64,000 nt of DNA from NCBI RefSeq assembly GCF_004010195.1, contig NC_057711.1, positions 79,270,866-79,334,865 on the forward strand. Reading direction: 5' to 3'. Below are positions 60,930 through 64,000 of this stretch, piece after piece. Numbering within the stretch: the stretch's first letter is position 1; every line of letters starts with the position of its first letter. Source of the DNA: Chiloscyllium plagiosum. Taxonomy: Eukaryota. The notes under the pieces were generated by a model that searched no databases, was not told the origin of the DNA, and saw nothing but the letters and a program-made list of their open reading frames with translations. The position numbers were made by a program, and so were the translations under genes.

Positions 60930-62550
60930 TTGTGTCAAACTGTAACAGAAAAGTTAAAAAGGAGTGAAACCTGATGGCCCACACAGCATCAACCAGAAAA
61001 TAAAACCAACAGTACATGCAGTCCTGTTAATGCAGCACAGTCCTCCTCACTGACATCTAGGGGCCAGTGCTACAATTGGAAATGCTGTCCTACAGATCAG
61101 TCGAGCAACAGCCTGGCATAGTCATTTTCACAGAAACATTTCTTACCATGTCCCAGACATCACCAGCAAAATCCCTGGATATGTCCTATCCCTTCAGCAG
61201 GCCAAATTCACATGAGATGGTGACATAGTGATAGAGAGTCACAGGGAGTTGCCTGGAAGGGTATGAAGACTGGGCAGGAAAGTGGAGTTGAGTTCAAGAT
61301 GAGATCAGCCATGATTGTATCAAATGGTGGAGCAGGCTCGAAGGGCTGAATTGCTTATTCCTGCTCTTATTTTTATGGAAGTCATCAACATTGACTTTGG
61401 ATCCTGTGAAGTCTCTAGCATTGGGTCAAACCTAGGCAAGGAAACCTCCTGCTACCTACTACTTACTACCTCACTGCTCGGGAAGCTGATGAATCAGTAC
61501 TCCACCATGTTGCACACTGCTTGAAGAAAGCTATGAGAGTGGCAAGGATGCTAAATGCACACTGATTGGGAAAATTCAATGTCCATTGCCAAGAGTGTTT
61601 TGATAGCAGTTCTATTGTCCTAGCTATTTGCGCTTGAAAGGACATAGCTACTAGATTGAGCACATAGAATGTGGTGAGGGGAACAACAAGAGGGGAAAAT
61701 ATATTTGAATTTCTGCTCACTGATCTACCTGTTGCATATGCCTCTGTTCATGATAGTATGGTTGGAGCTGTTCTGAAGATGAAGTGCTATTTTTATAAAG
61801 AGGATTTCCATTGTACTGTGTGGGACTACCTCTATGTTAAATGGTACAGATGTCAAACAGATCTAGAAAATCAATCTGACCATTCATGAGGCTCTGATGA
61901 TCATCAACAACAGCAGAATTGTATTCGATCAAAACCTGTAATCTCGTGGACTGGAATATGCCCCATCCTTCTGGTATTATCAAGCCAGAAGGTAAAATCT
62001 GACTCAATGAAGAGTGTAGCAAATGCCTAGAGCAGTACCAGGTGTACCTAAAGATAAGGTGCCAATCTCATTGTATACCCAACACCAGAAATGGCATTCC
62101 ATATAGAGAATTGTTCCCACATAGATGGATTAAATTTCAGCTCTGTTGTCCCGCAACATATCGTCATGAATGTTGTTGGATGACAAAACAACTCATTGTA
62201 CATGTAAGCTCCTACAAATATCCTCATTCTAAACTTTGGGAAGCTGAACACTTCAGTGTAAAAAACAAGGCTAAAGAATTTGCATACAATTTTAACCAGA
62301 AGTGCTAAATAGATGATTGATCTCAGCTTGGTCTGCATTACAGACGCCAATCTTCACCCAACTCAATTAATTCCAACTGGTATTAAAAACCACTAAAGGA
62401 TATTGGATATTGTAAAGGCTATGGACCCTGACAAGATATTGGCAATGGTACTGAAGATTTGTGCTTCAGAATTAGTCACACCCCTAGGCAAGTTGCTCTT
62501 GTACACTGACAGATAACTGGTAAAATGAAAAATTTCCCAAGTATAAGATA
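60930..62550 (+). mobile_element. Second CR1-clade LINE family, endonuclease region, decayed
   Basis: ORF 61671 'VRGTTRGENIFEFLLTDLPV', 'aaggctatggaccctgacaagata'; small CR1 3'UTR insert at about 61255-61378. Confidence 0.65.
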
Positions 62551-62554
62551 ATAG

Positions 62555-62975
62555 ATGTTAAGAAATAAGAACAGGAATAAGCCATTTGTCCCCTTGAGAT
62601 TACTCCATTATTCAGTAGGATCAAACTAATCCAACATTCCTCACATCCACTTTCCTGCTTTTCCCCCATGACCCTTAAATCCCTTAATGATCCAGAAGCT
62701 ATCTATCTCGGCCTTAAATATACACAGGAACTTTGTTCCCACAACTTTCTGTGGCAAGGAGTTCCAAATACTCACAATCCTTTGAGAGAAGGAATTCCTG
62801 CTCATTTCAGTCTTAAATTGGTGTCCTGTTATTCTGAGGCTATGCCCTCTCGACTTAGATTCTACCATGAGGGGAAATATCCTCTCAACATTTAACCTGT
62901 CAAGCCCCTAAAGTAGCTTATATATTTTAATTAGATCACCTCTCATTATTCTAAGCTCCAGTGAGTAGAATGTCA
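62555..62975 (-). mobile_element. CR1-type 3' end
   Basis: ORF 62641..62868 'SRGHSLRI...FKTEMSRNSFSQRIVSIWNSLPQKVV'. Confidence 0.88.
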
Positions 62976-63134
62976 ACAAGGGAGAAGTTAAGAGTGTGAT
63001 GGAATGCTGTGTACATACCTGGATGAGAGTGTATAAGGGAATGTAAGGTTAATGGTGAGAAATGATTAGATTAGATTCCCTACAGTGTGGAAACAGGCCC
63101 TTCGGCCCAACAAGTCCACACATTCATGTTTCTT

Positions 63135-63207
63135 GGGCCAGTGGCGTAATAGATAACGCATCTGACTTTGGATCAGAAGAATGTAGGTTCGAGTCCTACC
63201 TGGCTCG
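63135..63207 (+). tRNA. tRNA-Arg-type body with TTG anticodon; probable pseudo-tRNA
   Basis: 73-nt cloverleaf: acceptor gggccag/ctggctc, D-stem gcgt/acgc, anticodon stem tctga/tcaga with loop ct-TTG-ga (63168-63170), T-stem gtagg/cctac with ttcgagt loop; conserved G18 is A; no downstream T4. Confidence 0.85.
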
Positions 63208-63267
63208 TGGGGAATGTCTGTGAAGTCCTGTCAGGACGTTGCCTCTGTGATTTCGCATTTAATGTAG

Positions 63268-63382
63268 TTGGCTAGGTCAGTTAGATTGATGGTTGGTTTA
63301 TAATGCATATTGATGCCCACAGTGGAGGTTCAATTCCTGCTCAGGTTGCTATGAACTGTTCCACTTTGTGACCTCTCCTCTT
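63268..63382 (+). mobile_element. Decayed tRNA-derived SINE head of a further family
   Basis: B-box 'ggttcaattcc' at about 63327-63337 preceded by a degenerate A-box region. Confidence 0.45.
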
Positions 63383-63384
63383 GT

Positions 63385-63693
63385 GGGCTGCACAGTGGCA
63401 CAGTGGTTAGCACTGCTGCCTCACAGCACCAGAGACCCGGGTTCAATTCCCGCCTCAGGCGACTGTGTGGAGTTTGCACGTTCTCCCCGTGTCTGCGTGG
63501 GTTTCCTTCGGGTGCTCCGGTTTCCTCCCACAGTCCAAAGATGTGCAGGTCAGGTGAATTGGTCATGCTAAATTGCCCATAGTGTTAGGTAAGGGGTAAA
63601 TGTAGGGGTATGGGTGGGTTGCGCTTCGGCGGGGCAGTGTAGACTTGTTGGGCCGAAGGGCCTGTTTCCACACTGTAAGTAATCTAATCTAAT
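63385..63693 (+). mobile_element. HE1-type SINE, full length and relatively young
   Basis: A-box tggcacagtgg, B-box ggttcaattcc, several retained CpGs, (taatc)n tail. Confidence 0.92.
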
Positions 63694-64000
63694 GCTCCAA
63701 AGAATAAGCCACCCAGACCCATTTCTCTCTGACTAACAGTATGGTAATTTAGCTTTGGCCAATTCTCCTGACCTGCACATCTTTGGCCCATGGGAGGAAA
63801 CCGGAGCACCCGGAGGAAACCCACACAGACACATGGAGAATGTGCAAACTCCACACAGACAGCTGCTTGAGGCTGGAATCGAAGCCCGGTCCCTGGCGCT
63901 ATGAGGCAGCAGTGTTAACCACTGAGCCACTGTGCCACCCCAATGCATTGAGTACTGCCTAGTACGATAATGCCCCTTAGAATTAGTCAGGGGTTCTCCA

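Larger units (their letters stand above)
63064..63941 (-). mobile_element. HE1-type SINE split in two (63064-63121 and 63694-63941) by a composite insertion
   Basis: Left part 'gattagattagattccctacagtgtggaaacaggcccttcggcccaacaagtccacac' continues in 'ctccaaagaataagccacccagacccatt', as in the inverse of the intact copy at 16510-16590. Confidence 0.85.

Overview
Eukaryotic, repeat-dominated DNA with no recognisable host protein-coding exon. The repeat set (HE1/V-SINE-type tRNA SINEs, many CR1-type LINE fragments, a Deu-domain SINE, Penelope-like elements) points to a cartilaginous fish, probably a shark (inference). All recognisable ORFs are decayed transposon sequence: CR1 RT/ORF1, Rex1/Babar, L2, Penelope RT and GIY-YIG, one Gypsy element shattered over about 7 kb, and PIF/Harbinger Myb/SANT relics. 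Highlights: (1) three families of minimal hammerhead ribozyme motifs in Penelope termini and in short non-coding, mostly fold-back units inserted with 11-16 bp target-site duplications; (2) a 572-bp composite insertion (leader + tRNA-Arg-type body with TTG anticodon + second SINE + HE1) that splits an older HE1 and has no Pol III terminator, resembling a retroposed pre-tRNA read-through transcript; (3) a TIR-bounded Harbinger-like element carrying only a spliced Myb/SANT gene; (4) repeat-poor AT-rich islands that are candidate conserved non-coding elements. Family names come from motif recognition, not database searches. Boundaries of old repeats are approximate (tens of bp).
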